A stretch of DNA of 64,000 nucleotides, taken from assembly GCF_009834535.1 (NCBI RefSeq), contig NC_045697.1, positions 102,736,001 to 102,800,000 on the forward strand, read 5' to 3'. The stretch comes from Camelus ferus. Its lineage: Eukaryota. The stretch's first letter is position 1. The number at the start of each line of letters is the position of its first letter. A program made the translations under genes and the position numbers. The notes beneath the pieces are model-generated. The model was not told where the DNA came from. It did no database searches and saw nothing but the letters and a program-made list of their open reading frames with translations. Below, one piece after another: positions 26,969-41,081 of the stretch.

Positions 26969-27369
26969 ACCAGTGTAGGTCTTCCATGTGAAAGAGCACT
27001 TGAAAAAAACGCCCTCACAGGACAATGCTCCTGAAAGAACCCTCATCAACTTCATAGTCCCCATTAAGCAGGCATCAGAGCACAAAGCCTCCCAATCCAA
27101 AGCATTATGAAACAAAACAAGAATTTTCTTACCTGGCACAAACACTATGACAGGACAAGCTGGAATTCCTGCTATTAAAGTGAGTACCTTCATTAGTCTC
27201 AAATCTATAAATTTAGAAACCTTACACTAACAAGTGGTTAAACTGCTCGCAAGAACTGTCTTAGTTCAGAACTGCATTGAATAAACTGCCTAGTGCAACA
27301 TGTAACACAGGCTTAGGAAGGAAACTTTGCAGTCCCTGGCTAACTGGATTCCTGACCATTATCAGCCTC

Positions 27370-28625
27370 TGTGACAACACGTTCTCTTGATTTTTTTTCA
27401 TCTCTGGCAGTTCCTCTCAACCTTTTTCATCAGATGATCCTTTTCTACCCAATCCTTGAATATCGACATTTCCATAATTCCAGCCCTGGTACTCTTCTTT
27501 TCAACTATACACACTCCCTGAATGAAATCAAAACTCACACCTAAGCTTCTACTTACACATGGGTGATTCCCAAATCTATGCCTCTAACCTAGGCTTCTTT
27601 CTTCAGGCTTGAATCCTCCGTATACCTGACCACCCACTGAAAAGTTGTCCATCTGAAAAGATACCAGAAATCAGTGGCAAAAGTTAATCTGATTAGCTCA
27701 ACCTTTCTCTCCATCCCTACCCACAGTGTTCCTTAACTCTGTATTCCATTTCTGATTAATCACAACATTCAACTAGTTGCCAGATGTGAGAAGAATCCAA
27801 GATGTCACCTTCTACCTACTTGAACCGCCTAGCCATAGTCCCAGTAAACCCCAGATAGCAATCAGTCACCAGTCCTTTTGATTCTTTTTCAAATACATTC
27901 CCTTCCTCTTGAACCCAACTGCCACAGCCTTAGTTAAATCCTCATCATTTTCACCTGGATACCACGTATCTGCTCTTCACATGGCTCCAGCCCCATCATT
28001 CCCAAGGTTTACCTTTATCAGTGTGTCCTCATTGAAAATCTGAACCCCCTAAAAAGTCTGGCAGTAAGCACAATCTGACTTTTGCCTATATATTTTCACA
28101 GGAACAATAACATATGTATTCCCTGCAAGAATGTAAACTCCTTATTGTACATTGGCCACATTACCGTCACTATCACAATAAATATGCTGAATGAATAAAT
28201 ACTCCTCGGGTCTTTCTTGCTGCTTCCTCACACCCACCCAGCTTCCAGGCATACTTTACTAACAGTTCCGCCATTACACCATGCCTGCATGTTTCCATAC
28301 CTTTACATGCGTCATGCCCCCTTTCATAACGCCTCCACTTTATCCTCCACCTGAGTAGGCTTCATATTTATCCTTAAGATTCAATTGAACCATCACTTCT
28401 TTAAGAAAAAAATTTTAAACTCTTATTCCTAATATTCTACTGTGTTCCCACACCTCCTGTATGAACTTACTAGACTATACTGTAATTGTTGATTTCTTTG
28501 CCTGTCTCTTCCACCAGACTATGAAGTGCTTAAGGGCAAAGACAGTGACTATCTTTGCTGCGTTCTGAGTACCTAACAGTGCCTGGCACTAAGCAGGCCC
28601 TAAATAAATATTTACTGAAGAAAGC
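27370..28625 (+). mobile_element. L2 fragments including 3' end
   Basis: gggtgattcccaaatctat (RT remnant) through the L2 terminus cagtgcctggcactaagcaggccctaaataaatatttactgaa. Confidence 0.75.
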
Positions 28626-31566
28626 GTGAATCTGTCTTGTATGGGAATGCCAAGAATACTCAAAAAAAATCTATAGTCTAACTTTGAGGTCAAACAAAAA
28701 ACAAGAGATACAATAATGTTTCTCTCTTAAAAATACATGATATTCTACTGTGTAAGATACTTTAGTTTCAAAAGGAAACGTACCCCAAACGCATAGTTAC
28801 TTCAACTCCATTTCAGAAATTAGCAACGAATATAATTACAAATAATTTTTTAATTGCTTATGTTAGAGAGAGATAAAAGACAGCAATATTTCTAGCCTAA
28901 AAATTCTGTGTACCACACCAAAACATTCTACACTCATTTCAAAGATACCCTGAAGTTAGTTATAAAAACTAACTTAAAAAATATTTTCTTTTAAATTAGC
29001 TAAATTCAATAAAAACTATTTTTTCCAAAGGCTCAATAAATTAAACACTCTGTCTTACCAAACCAATTTATGTTTGTAGATACTTCCTAAATCATTCTAC
29101 TTTATATCAAATTGTTTAAAATAGGCCCCTCAAAAGAAAGTAAATGTAAGTAGATTTTAGGAACAATGGATAGAGTCAGAGCCTTTGTCCACATCTCCTT
29201 ATTCTACCACACACATTAATGGAACCCAAATTATAATACTAAATGTTATTTTAACAGAAGAGCTGACTTATTAACCACTTCTGTCAAAGTACCATATATG
29301 GACTCCCATTGCCATGCGACTGATTTAAGACACAAGGGGGAGAGCCAAAATGCTCACCCACATGGAAGAAAAGGAAAATATCATTACAGCTCTCCTAACA
29401 TCAAAGACTTGTTTCAAGCCCCCTCTTAAAAAAAAAAAAAAAAAAAACCAAAAACAACGTGGTAACAGCTTTATTATCTGAAGACAAAAACAAGGCTTAA
29501 ATTCACTTAAGAGCTCAATCTTGTGTTCCATCAGTATTTTACCCCTTTGTGGCTACATATTTTGGAAGCAAAATGCTAACAATGAACCAAAGGACAGCTT
29601 TCACAAATGCTACAAATATCTGCTTAACCTTAAGTTAACAAGTTGTTTTTCATGAACTGCACAGAAATAATTTTGAGAGCTGTCACTGTATGTCCAATGA
29701 ATGACTTTATATTTAAGAACAAAAATTTCTACAATAGTTTTTTAAGAAAAGAAATAACTAGCTAGCAAATTGAAAAGGACTTTAAGTTTTCTTGGATTTT
29801 AGCTGGAGATGCTTTCTAAAATGTTAAAATGGGCACAATTAATAATATAGTATTCTTTGGTTTCTCACGCTAAATGACAAAAAAATTTCCTTCACACATA
29901 TTTTCCCTTCTGAGAGCAAAGGAAATGAACAATGTTAAACCAGAACATAATGTTAAATATGAAGGATTTAAACATTTAAAAAGCAACCATATCTTTATTT
30001 GAAATCATCTCCTAAATAACTTTCTGGACAACATGAGCATGATTTCCTGCATAAAAGCAACAAAACTGAGATGAAGGATTCTGAAAAGATAATGATACAA
30101 AGACTCTGAAATGCTAAATTCTCACTTCTATATAGAAAGTTTCCCATGCAGAAGCAACAAATCATAAACATCTTGTAAAATGTTCTTAGGTTGTTGGTTT
30201 CCCATTTGTGTAGGATAGATAATTTCGAAAACAAGAAAGTAGAATGAGCAGCATAAATAAATTCAACTCTGATGCCAAAACATGTTCTAATTGGCCAAAT
30301 TCAGTTTTAGTATCTTGCAATCATTAAGCAGAAAGTCTAAACTTCATTTCTGTTTTAATTCTAGGTCCTTCCTCAGGTATAGAGGTTAAAATACGCATTC
30401 TAGAGTAGTAAAGGAAGGGCCTGATCTCTTTGTAGAGATTTTTCAACAGAGGTAACAAAGACCTACATATAATATTATGCTTCATAACTGAAGTGAAGGA
30501 AAACATACGAGAGAAAAAGAATAATCTTTGGGTAAATAGGGTAACTATTTGTTCTTTTCATCCTGAACTAAAATTTTTTAAAGTTACTATTGTAAATCAA
30601 TAATAAAGTCACAGAAAATAAGTTTGGAGTGTCTCAAGTAAACAAATTCATAATTTCTAGTAAAAAAGGAAAACCTCTTAAAACACTCCAATACATACTA
30701 CACCCTCCAGTGGGCAAGCATCCATGGAAAAATATAAAAAGATTTAGTTGGATTTTCCACTCAGTTAAATCAGTCCTATAACTAATGAAATGATGGTTCT
30801 AAAAACCTCATAAAACTTCACACTATTTTAATCACTTGTCTTAATATCTGAGTTACAAGAAGCAAAGATTTTTTAAAAAGATAACAATTTGGATGTTAGA
30901 GAGGAGTAATGTAAGAAAATAAAATCATGATCTTCTTATCTTTCCTTAAAAACAAAGTGCTATCAGATTCTTAATTTCTTTAACTTAGAAAAGAAAAAAG
31001 GCAAACAGAATCAATCACATATAAAGATGTATAATCAAAAGATAAAAGTATCCTTATATACCATGAGCTGCAAAGGCAGCACTAATATTTTAAAGCAAAA
31101 TCCAAAAATTATGGTTCCTTAGTGAGAACTGTGGCAGAAAAGCAGTATGTTCATTAAGTTTTTCAGGAAAACAACTTACATTATCACCTGGTAATATTAG
31201 TATTACTGGTCTCATGGGGCTATGTGGTCACTACACAGAAATATAAACACACTTAGAATAAAATTAAGAGACTATTTAAAAGAGCCTTTATTCTATATGG
31301 CTAATGTTTCAGCACTTAAATGATATAGTAGAAGCAAAGACTAGATTAAAAATATTCCACAATGGTACAAATATCATTTAAAGTTTCTCTATTTAACAAA
31401 ATACAAACATATATTTGATACATAAATCTAGAAATCATTATGAAGGTGCATCATTCCCAAAATGCAGTAAAGAATTTTTGAATACTCTAGGAAAAACTAG
31501 TACAACTAAGACTACTCGAGGCCTTGAACTTATCACTAGGCTCTGAGGCCAGCAATTAAAGGACAA

Positions 31567-31585
31567 TACTGACATCTAGTGGACA
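31567..31585 (-). promoter_or_regulatory. Candidate CTCF site
   Basis: Reverse strand TGTCCACTAGATGTCAGTA fits the CTCF core CCASYAGRKGGCRS with one mismatch. Motif match only. Confidence 0.55.
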
Positions 31586-32629
31586 ATACAAATATATACA
31601 ACACATAGTTTGGATCAAAACTTATTTCTCGTGTTTGACATATTTCAACCTATCTGAAGAATTATATGACAAATCTTCAGTTTTAAACCAAAACAAGCTG
31701 ACTCTGCTCCGAAAAGGCTTCTCAATATGAGTGGCCCAATCATGCAATAAATATAAAATGTTTAACAAAGTATAAGAAGTAACTATCTCAAGTCTTTAAA
31801 GCACTGAACACTGATTAAATGTATCAAATACATGACCAAAAGAAGAATTAGCAAATGGTCTAATATGATTATGATAATAAAAGAATTTAAAGGTTCTCAA
31901 TTCAAAAAGTAAAAAGTGAAAAAAAATTTAAATGACGAAAATCAGGAGCTGATCTATTTATGAATTTATTCAAACATGGGAAGTATGTTTTAACCTGTAC
32001 AGTCTGTCAAACAAAATAAGAAATGGTTTTAAACTAAAAGAAGACTATATAATTTATGACAATTTTTCAAAACCAAACTGGTTCTCAAGAAAATTCATAG
32101 GATTATTTTTTTAAAAGTAAAGGAAGATAACTGTCTAGGTAATTGTCTTAAAAAGCAATGAACTTATCTCAAAGGACAAAAAACAAATAAAACAAAAATA
32201 CCTGTGGACAATGTCCTTACTTATTATTTGTTAATACATAAGCAAATTTCACAGAAGAACAACACTGCACCTAATGAGGAAACAATGAAAGTATATGTGG
32301 TTTTTATTAAGTATTTTATTATAACTCAGGGAAGAAGTAAATGTAGAGATAGGATTTAAACATAAAGACTAAGTCACGCAAGAGTCCAGGCCACAAAACT
32401 GGAAAGCTTTCAAAAATCACAGATCCTTCCCGTAAATCTTAGAACCACCTAATTTAAAAGATTTTAATGATTATTTGAGCTCAAAGATTTTCTGACAAGA
32501 AAAATGCTAAGGGCCAGAACTTTCCAAGTATACAGTTCAAAATCATTGAAGCTATCTCTGCAATGTAAATATTCTGGGACTAATAAAATTCAGATCACAA
32601 AAACATTGTCCTATTGGCTTCAAAAAGTT

Positions 32630-33520
32630 ATCAGGGATAAATAAATTGTGGTATATTCAAATAATGGACTAAACTCAGTAATGAAAAAAAAATGAAGCAA
32701 AGATACATGCAATGATGGATGAAAAAATGTTTTGGTTCATGTAGAAATCCACAAATTCAAATCTGTTTAAAAGATAGATGACTATATTTTTAATAATGAG
32801 TAACATTGATCATGTATCATTCCTACAATTTTATCTTCACCTTTTTTGCAGTGTTTTTGGAAAATATCTGTGTTACTTACTCAGCATTATTTTAATACTG
32901 TATAAACATGCATAATAAATATTAAATTCTTATTTACTTTAAAAAATATTAGGCTGAGTGAAAGAGGCCTTACATGAAGGTATACCCCGTATGATTCCAT
33001 TTACATGACATTCTAGAACAGGGAAAACTGATCTATGGAATGAATGAATGAATAAATAAATAAAATCAGAAAAACAGTTATGTCTAAGGGCAGGACAGAG
33101 ATGGAAACTGACTAAAAAGGGATACGAGGGAATTTTCTGGTGTAACAGAAATGTTCTATATCTTAACAGGATTTGGGGTTACACAGATATATATGCATTT
33201 GTTAAAACTCACCAACATTATACTTAAGATTTGTATAAAATTTATATAAATTTTACCTTAAAAAATGAACTTCAAGCAAGTATTAATAACCCTAGCTATA
33301 TATCATGCTAAAGTATTTGGAGTGATGTGTACAAATACATGGAAATCACTTTGAAATGCACATAATAATTAGTTAATCGACAGAGTATAATAAAGCAATA
33401 TAGCAAAACTTTAACAACTGTAAAATCTAGGATGTGAGTAAACTGGGGTTCACTATATAATTCTTTCAGCTTTTCTGTACATCTGAAAATTTCCATAATA
33501 AAATATTGAGGAAAAAAGAT
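32630..33520 (+). mobile_element. Old L1M (L1MC/ME) 3' end
   Basis: ggataaataaattgtggtatattca...tatgattccatttacatgacattctagaacagg L1 3' text. Confidence 0.7.
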
Positions 33521-33700
33521 GATAATCAGAATTCAAAAGAATATTAAAAATACTAAAAATTTTAAATGTTTTCTTAGATATTAACAATTTTCCTTTTATA
33601 TATTAACATTTTAATCTGACTAATTTAATGTCAAAGGTGACTATCTTCTTGAGAGCAAGAATTACAGGACAAAATATTTTTTAAAATTTTAAAGACATAC

Positions 33701-33821
33701 CCGAATTTCTTGAAGATTGTGAAAATTATTTCCCACTCTGACTGAGATCTTGCTTGGAGTATAGCTTTCATCAGATTTGTAGTCCGCATAAATACATAAT
33801 GTCTTCACTGTTGTTTTTCTT
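33701..33821 (-). CDS. ANAPC10: ANAPC10 exon 4 (last coding exon not found in window)
   Basis: (R)RKTTVKTLCIYADYKSDESYTPSKISVRVGNNFHNLQEIR, 121 nt, donor CGG|GTATGT. Cumulative CDS is 327 nt = 109 codons. Confidence 0.97.
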
Positions 33822-36800
33822 CTAAAAGCAATAAAGTAAAAACAATGTGCCTTTTATCATGCGGAAAGATTATATCCAAAACATCTTATTCTGATTTTAA
33901 AAGTCACAGTTTGCTAAAATGAGTATCTGAATCAATAATTTCCATTTTCTTTAATTTTAGCAATGATGGAAATGAAGCACATGTAAAAAAAAAGATACAC
34001 ATGTTACTTGTACAGACATCTCTTACCTAGAACATGGTCAAGAACCAGATGTGAGCAAAAAAGGAACAGTTAAGCCAAAATAGCTACCTTAGAGTGCAAA
34101 CAAGCATCAAAGATTTCAGTTCTCCTCATCTGTATTCTAGACAAAGAAATTATTCTAACAAGCTTGACTAGTTAACAGTTAATTACTTAATTTCCTATGT
34201 TAATACTTGAAAATAACTATCTAAGTGAGAAACTAAGTCTAGCAAGGAGAAAAATGGTCTTTTTAAAAATAGAAAGTATAATCTTATCATTTAATGCAAG
34301 AAATAAAATTTTGCTATTTTAAAATATATACCTTAGAAAAATAAGCAAAGATTACAGAAAAAAATTAATCTCAGAAAGCTGCAAGTGGCCAAAAAACATG
34401 AAAATATGTTCAATCTCTAATAATTAAAGAAAAAGAAATTAAAATATACAGATATTAGTTTTTTATCATATTGGGAAATATGAAAATAATTAATAATACT
34501 CAAATTTGATGAGAAAAAGGTACTTTCCTAGCCACTAGGAAGACACAGTCTTTGACCCACAAATTCAACTTCTAAGAATGCATTAAAAGACAATAAATAA
34601 CATAACTACTCTAAAACGGATGAAGAAAAATGTTCATGATCTTGCAGCTGAATTACTGAAAAATTATAAATAACCTAAATGTCCATCCAATAGGGAATTA
34701 GGTAAACAAACTACATTATACAAATCCAATGAAATCCTACACAACGATTTAAGATGCACACAGATAGATAGTTAAAGTAGGGAAAAAGCAGATTACAAAA
34801 CAGAATATTAAAAAGAATTGCATTCTGGGAAAAACAAAAAAGTTTTAAAGTCATATAAACCTATATATAGGTATACATAGAAAAAGGCACAGGTAGAATC
34901 ATATGAGAACAGTAAAAGTGACTATTTTGGTGGGGTGGAACTATGGGAGATCCTTGTTTTCTTCTTTATGATTTCTATATTTTCTGATTAATGTTTTACA
35001 ATAAGCATATATTATTCTGGTCTTTGGGGGGGAAATTAGACAATTTTAAGTATCAACCCAAAAAAATTAAGAAGCCTATTTAAATATGCTTTAAAAGTTA
35101 AGATCTGGTATAACCGGCACTGACTTCATAACAATGAGCTCCTTGAACAGAAGCAGTCTATGTCAAAAGTCAGCCTATAAAAACAGCAGGGGATCTGTAG
35201 TTCTGAGTGAGGGGACCAAACTTCTGTAGCCCAAGCTTTTCATCAGAAAGGAATGGGGAAAGTTAAAGACTTTTCCTCAAATAATAAAGACTGATCAAGG
35301 TGTAAAACGCTAAATACTCAGGAACTGCTGACAGCATAAATACCATTACCAGATTTTCAAAAGAGGCCAGCGGTATCAAACTGACATCTTTCTCTTTCTA
35401 CTGGGCCAGGAAGGAGATGGGAGAGGATGCAAAGGAAGAAGGGGGAATTTTGAATGGCGTACAAAAGATCTTTTCCCTGATGCACCAGCCATAAAGAGGC
35501 AGTGAAAGCTCTTTCTTAATATGGAGAGATCAAAGATCATGACGATAACTCTTAAGGACTTTTTTTTTAACAAAAGCCAAACTAAAGGATCGAGTTTTTA
35601 ACTCAGGATAATTTTATCTCTAAGTTATTAAATTCAAGATAACTTGGTCACTAAGAACTAAAAGATATAATAAGGGTTAGGTTAGAAAGGCGAAAAAACA
35701 GTAATAACACTAATGATTATAAACACAACAGCAACAGCAGCAAATAGCAAGTGAATACTGTGTCTGGCCCAGAAGTAATGCTTTATGTGTATTATCTCAT
35801 CTACTCCTCAACCTTGCAATAGAGGAACTATTATCACTTCCATTTTACTGACTGAAAAAATAAAAACAGTAACACTCAGGTTAATAACTGGCTTAAGGTC
35901 ACAAAGCTAGTAGATGGGCAGAGCGGGAGTTCACATGTGTCTGCCTGCCTCACATGATCTTAACTACTATCACCTTCCTACTAATCAACTGTACTTAGCT
36001 TACTCAACATTGTCATTGACACCATTTTACAGTAAATACGTAGATGTTTGTAATGCTTTAAATTTTACCTACATCATGAGCTCATGTAGCACCAGAAATC
36101 ATGGGAATAACTCAGGCAATATACGCAGTTTCATTAGACTTGCAAAGGAAACTGTGACCTCACCAAGAATTTTAAACTGTCATTCTAAAAGGTACCCATT
36201 AAGCCTTTTAAATTTTTTATCAATTTTATCTCATGGTAAAATTTTAAAATAACATTGCACAGAAAATCGTGCTGTTTGTCAAATGGCAATGCATGCGGGA
36301 AGATTAAGTGCACAGATTATGAGACTTAGTGGTAGCTACTCAAATGCTCAAATCATCTTGAAAATAATAATCACCATAACTGAATGCTTACTAGACACCA
36401 GGCACTATGCTAACCTCTTAGGATACAGTATTGTAAGAAGGGAGAAGTAAGAAGGTAAGACTTCCCATTTCTGATGATGTAAGTACCACTCCCAGCCTCT
36501 ATCCCCTCACCCACTACTCCCCTTCTGCAGAGAAAGAGCTGCTGGCAGGAAGCCAGTATTTGCTCTGTTCCTTCATGTCACACATTTAATAGGAGCAGGC
36601 TCCACCTGGTCTAGCACTTTCATAACTGGATGGGTAACTCTGCTTAATTTTAGGGTTCAATTTTAGGAAACACACTTGACCACAGATATAAACCCTTTCT
36701 AAAACATCAGCTTTGTCAGTTTTATAAGAGTGATACTTTGGTCTCCACCTGCTGACTCTTGAATAATTTCCCAACTGATTTGGAACCCATGAAATTACAA

Positions 36801-37541
36801 CAGAAGACATTAGGGACAGATAACTCCTAGTTGCCAACCTAACAGCCTCCTGTCCCTTCTTTCTTCAGAACATCCAGCTAACAGACTATACTCCCCAGCT
36901 TCCCTTAAAGCTAGGTATGACTGTATGGCTAAGTTATGGCCAGTAAGAGTTGAACCAAATGACTGTTGTGTTATAAAGAACCTCTTTAAAAGGAAGGCAT
37001 GCCCCTTTTACCTTTCCCACCTACTCCTTCCCACCGCCTGGGATTTAGGCAAAAGTCAGGATGTCCTGTCTGCCCATGAAGGAATTACCACTACCAGACT
37101 TGCCCTCCCACCATAAACAGCTAGAATACCAGGCAACATCTACGAAACATCTGACTGCAGACACTGAACAACAGGACAGAAAGGGAATGAATGAAGTAAG
37201 TCCTATGAACAACTGGGCTTCTGGACTGAAGGCAATTTCTGGACTGCAATACAGGGAGGGAAGAGTCTAACAGAATCCTGCAGTCTCACTAATTGACGAA
37301 GGAGCTATACTGAGAAAAAAACTCCAGACATCTGCATGGAGTTCCCTTGAGTCTTTGAATACCAATCTGTGCATGCATGGGATGAAACTCCACAAAGACA
37401 TGCAAAGAACAGCAGTTGCTGTGAGTACAATTCCTTAGAAGCAGTAAGCCAAACAATTCCCAGAGGTCACACAGAGTAGCCAATCATCAGCGTTCCTAAC
37501 AACCAAAGTGGAGAGTCCAAATATCTCTTCAAATATCTAGG

Positions 37542-37676
37542 GCAGCCTACTGTATAGCACAAGGAACTATATTCACAATCTTGTAGTAACCTATAATGGA
37601 AAGGAATCTGGTATACACCTGAAACATTGTAAATCAACTATACTTCAGTAAAAAAAAAATGAAAAAAAAAAAACCC
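37542..37676 (+). mobile_element. Short L1 3'-end insertion (artiodactyl-type) with 13-bp TSD
   Basis: cctactgtatagcacaaggaactatattca...aaatcaactatacttca plus A-tail, flanked by TCAAATATCTAGG at 37529-37541 and 37677-37689. Confidence 0.85.
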
Positions 37677-37754
37677 TCAAATATCTAGGACATTCATTTG
37701 AGATCCCAGAAGGGTCAAGCCGCAGCATTCCATGAGGCTAATCTTGCCCATAAG

Positions 37755-38265
37755 AAGTGATCTTAAAGAGTGGTCTGGGGATCTGTGAGGGATCTCAAGA
37801 CTCCTTTAGGGGATCAACAAGGTCATAACTATTTTCCTAATAATACTAAGACATTATTTGTCTTTTTCAGAATCATTCTCTTATGAGTGTACAGTGCAGT
37901 TTTCCAGATGCAATCTGCCATGGGATGCTGTAAAAGGTTGAATGAAGAAGCGTATGTGAGACTCCAGCTGTCTTCTCTTAAGTCGGACCACTAAAGAGAT
38001 TCACAAGAAAAGTAAAACAGTAACACTATTCTCACTATTTTGTGTTTTGGAAGAGACAGTTATTTTTCATTGAAAAATGTTATTTGTGTTAACATATAGT
38101 AGATTATTATTCAATTTTAGATAATAAATAAATACTTTAAAATTCCTCAGCTATCATTTCTAATATGGTTAATACTGAAAAGATATAAAAAATAAATAAA
38201 AGGCTTTTGGAGGCCTCAATAAAAGGTTAAAATGGTACTGGAACCAAAAAGTTGGAGAATTGCTG
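37755..38265. mobile_element. hAT-Charlie element (Charlie1-like deletion derivative)
   Basis: Degenerate TIRs aagtgatcttaaa ... ttggagaattgctg, with internal aaggtcataactattttcctaataatactaagacattattt. Confidence 0.65.
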
Positions 38266-38273
38266 CCCTAGAG

Positions 38274-38496
38274 CAGGGATCAGCAAACCCACGGTTCAGA
38301 TGCCAAATGTGGCTTACCACCTATTTTTGTAAATAAAGTAACAGTGAAACAAAGCAATGCCCATTCACTCACCTACTGTCCGCAGCTACTTCTGCACTAC
38401 AACAGCAGCGCCGGGCAGTTGCAATAGCTTAAACATAGTCTGCAAGGCCTAAAATGTTTACTGTCTACGCCATTACAAAAAGTTTGCTGACTCCCA
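38274..38496. mobile_element. MER58A-like hAT MITE
   Basis: CAGGGATCAGCAAAC ... AGTTTGCTGACTCCCA termini with TSD CCCTAGAG / CCCTGGAG. Confidence 0.85.
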
Positions 38497-39209
38497 CCCT
38501 GGAGTAAAAGGTACTCTAGACCCACTATAAAGAGGCTTAAAATCAAGCCTCAAAAAGATCAAGTTGATTCTTAAGTAACTTAACTGCCTGCCAGAACAAA
38601 GCCTAATCCTCTTAAAAAAAAAATCTAACATTCAACGTGGTGAAATTTACTATATCCAGGATCCAATCAAAAATTACTGCAAAGATGCAGAAAAATGTGA
38701 GCCATAATGAGGAAAAATCAGTCAATAAAGATAGATATAGAAAAGACAGATGATAGAATTTAAAAATAATAAATTAAAAAGAGGTAATATAAATATGTGC
38801 CTACAGGTGTATAACAAACCACGTCGAAACTTAGTGGCTTTAAAAAGTAGAAATTATTTTGTTTATGAATTTGGAATGTGGGCAGGGCTCAGAAGGGAAG
38901 GTCCTACACAGCATCAGGTGTAGCACCCTGACTTGAGATCTGAAGGATTTGTTTCCAAGATGGCTCACCAATACGGCTGACAAGTTGGTGCTGGTTGTCA
39001 GCTGGGAGCTTAGCTGACGACTTGGGCTTTGGTTCATTATTCTAATGGGCTTCTCCATTTGATGTGGGTTTTCTCACAGCATGGTAGATGGGTATCAAGG
39101 GGGAGAGTCACATAAAAGAAAGAGAACAAGGCAGAAATTGCCTTTTATGACCAAGCCTTAGAAATAATAGTGTCATAACATCCATACTTCATTAGAAAAC
39201 GATTTAAAA

Positions 39210-39985
39210 ACCAAACAATGAGATATGACATCAAAAAGTATAAGCAACATAAAAAAATTAACAAAATGTATTTCATCAAAAATAAAAATTTTTATAAAGT
39301 GGCAACCCACAGAATGGGAGAAAATAAAATCCAGAATATATAAAAAACTCCTAAAAATCAACAACAAAAAAGCAAAAAGCCAATTCAAAAATGGGCAAAG
39401 GACTTGAATAGCCATTTCTCCAAAAAAGATATTAAATGGCCAATAAGTACTTGAAAAGAGGCTCAACATCACTAATCATTAAAGAAATGCAAATCAAAAC
39501 CTTAATGATGGTTTCACTTCACACCCATTAGAATGGCTATTATCAAAAAAATAGAAAACGAGTATTGGCATGGATGTGGAGAAATGGGAAACAATATACA
39601 ATATTGTTTTTGGGGATGTAAAATGGTACAGCTGCTGTGGAAAACAGTATGGTAGTACCTCAAAAAATTAAATACAGAATTACCATTAGATCAAGCAATT
39701 CCACTTCTAGGTATACATGCAAAAGAACTGAAAGCCAGGACTCAAACAGACAACTTGTCCATCATGTCCAGGGCAGGATTACTCACAATAGCCATAAGGT
39801 GGAAACAATCCAAATGTCCATTAACAGCAAATGAAATTGGTATATACGTACAATGGAATACTATTTAGACTTAAAAAGGAATGAAATTCTAATACATGGA
39901 TGGACCATGAAAACATTATGCTAAGTTACACTAAACACAAAAGGACAAATACTGTATGATTCTACTCATATGAGATACCTAGAGC
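39210..39985 (+). mobile_element. L1 ORF2 end and 3'UTR (L1MB-like), preceded by an MLT1-like LTR at about 38805-39195
   Basis: Degenerate ORF2 peptides (KWQPTEWEK.., ENSMVVPQK..) in the ORF track. Confidence 0.8.
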
Positions 39986-40158
39986 AAGTTACTCAATCTC
40001 TCTGCTTCTAAGGCTATAAAATAAAGATAAAAATAGCCATAAAAGTTAAATGAAATAAACAGGTAAGGCATTTAGCAAAGTATCTGGTATTTAAAGCCTT
40101 TTAAAAAATATTAGCTGCTGTTTTTATTTCTGGTGTATATATATTTAATATCCTAGGA

Positions 40159-40372
40159 CAAGAGTTGGCATACATAGCCCACTGACTGAAACCTGTCCAC
40201 CACCTACATTTGTAAGATTAATTAGAAAAGGTAAATTCAGTCATTATGCGTTGCCTACAGCTGCTTTCATGCAATAATGGCATTACTAAGTACTTGCAAC
40301 AGGGACCAGACAACACACAAGGTCTAAAATATTTACTATCTGGCTTTTTCATAAGAAATTTGCTGATCTGTA
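40159..40372. mobile_element. MER58A-like hAT MITE
   Basis: Degenerate TIRs with perfect palindromic TSD TCCTAGGA at 40151-40158 and 40373-40380. Confidence 0.8.
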
Positions 40373-40990
40373 TCCTAGGACAATAAAAACAGACTAAAAC
40401 TACAATGCTAGAGAATGTTAAAATAGATGGTATAAATGGAGCAAGATAAACAAGTTAACCGGTTTCCATCTATGTCAATAAATTCAAAGCACTTGACAAA
40501 CATATGGCTGTTTTCCACTTCCTCCCCAAAAGTAAGCATTTCAAAACTGAGAATATCCTTAGAGGTAATCAGTTAGAATAATTTTTTTTCTAAATGGAAG
40601 TACAAATATGAGAAGTTATATAAATGGTCTATAGCTCAAGACTTACTATCATCACTCCTGGTGGACTTAATGAAATGCATTAAGGCACTGCATTGTGTCA
40701 CAAGCAAAGTATAATTTTTTTGAAATAAATCATATTGAAAAGTACATCTGAGAAATATCTACATGAAAGGAACTGTGTACAATACCATCAAGAATTCATA
40801 AAAGATAAGACAAAGTAAACTTAAAACATTTAAAATCTAGCAGAGCAGAAAAATAATCTCTAAGGCTTACAAAAAGGCAGAGCTAAGTGCACTTCACTGC
40901 AATGTCTGTATTTCTTTAAGTTTTATGTAAATAAAAGATTTCTTTATCCACTGATAACTTATACAAGCTGAAAATTCAAAAACATATTAC

Positions 40991-41081
40991 CTGAATTGGA
41001 TGTTCACTAAATGAGGCTGGGAGCCATCTGATTGCCAGTAAGTTTCTAGATTGTCATCTCGTAATTGATCCACTCCAAACC
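40991..41081 (-). CDS. ANAPC10: ANAPC10 exon 3
   Basis: (G)[29 protein letters not shown](R), 91 nt, TTTTAG acceptor and AG|GTAAT donor, phase matches exon 2. Confidence 0.97.

Noticed and set aside
27133..27204. Possible 72-nt ANAPC10 cassette exon with donor CAG|GTAAGA
   Set aside because: The acceptor has a poor pyrimidine tract and there is no other support. Strong orphan donors are common in long introns.
1..33700. ANAPC10 terminal coding exon (QLELVEPSGW...MYRSIR)
   Set aside because: Not found on the - strand or in the ORF track, so it presumably lies beyond the left edge. Not evidence of gene truncation.
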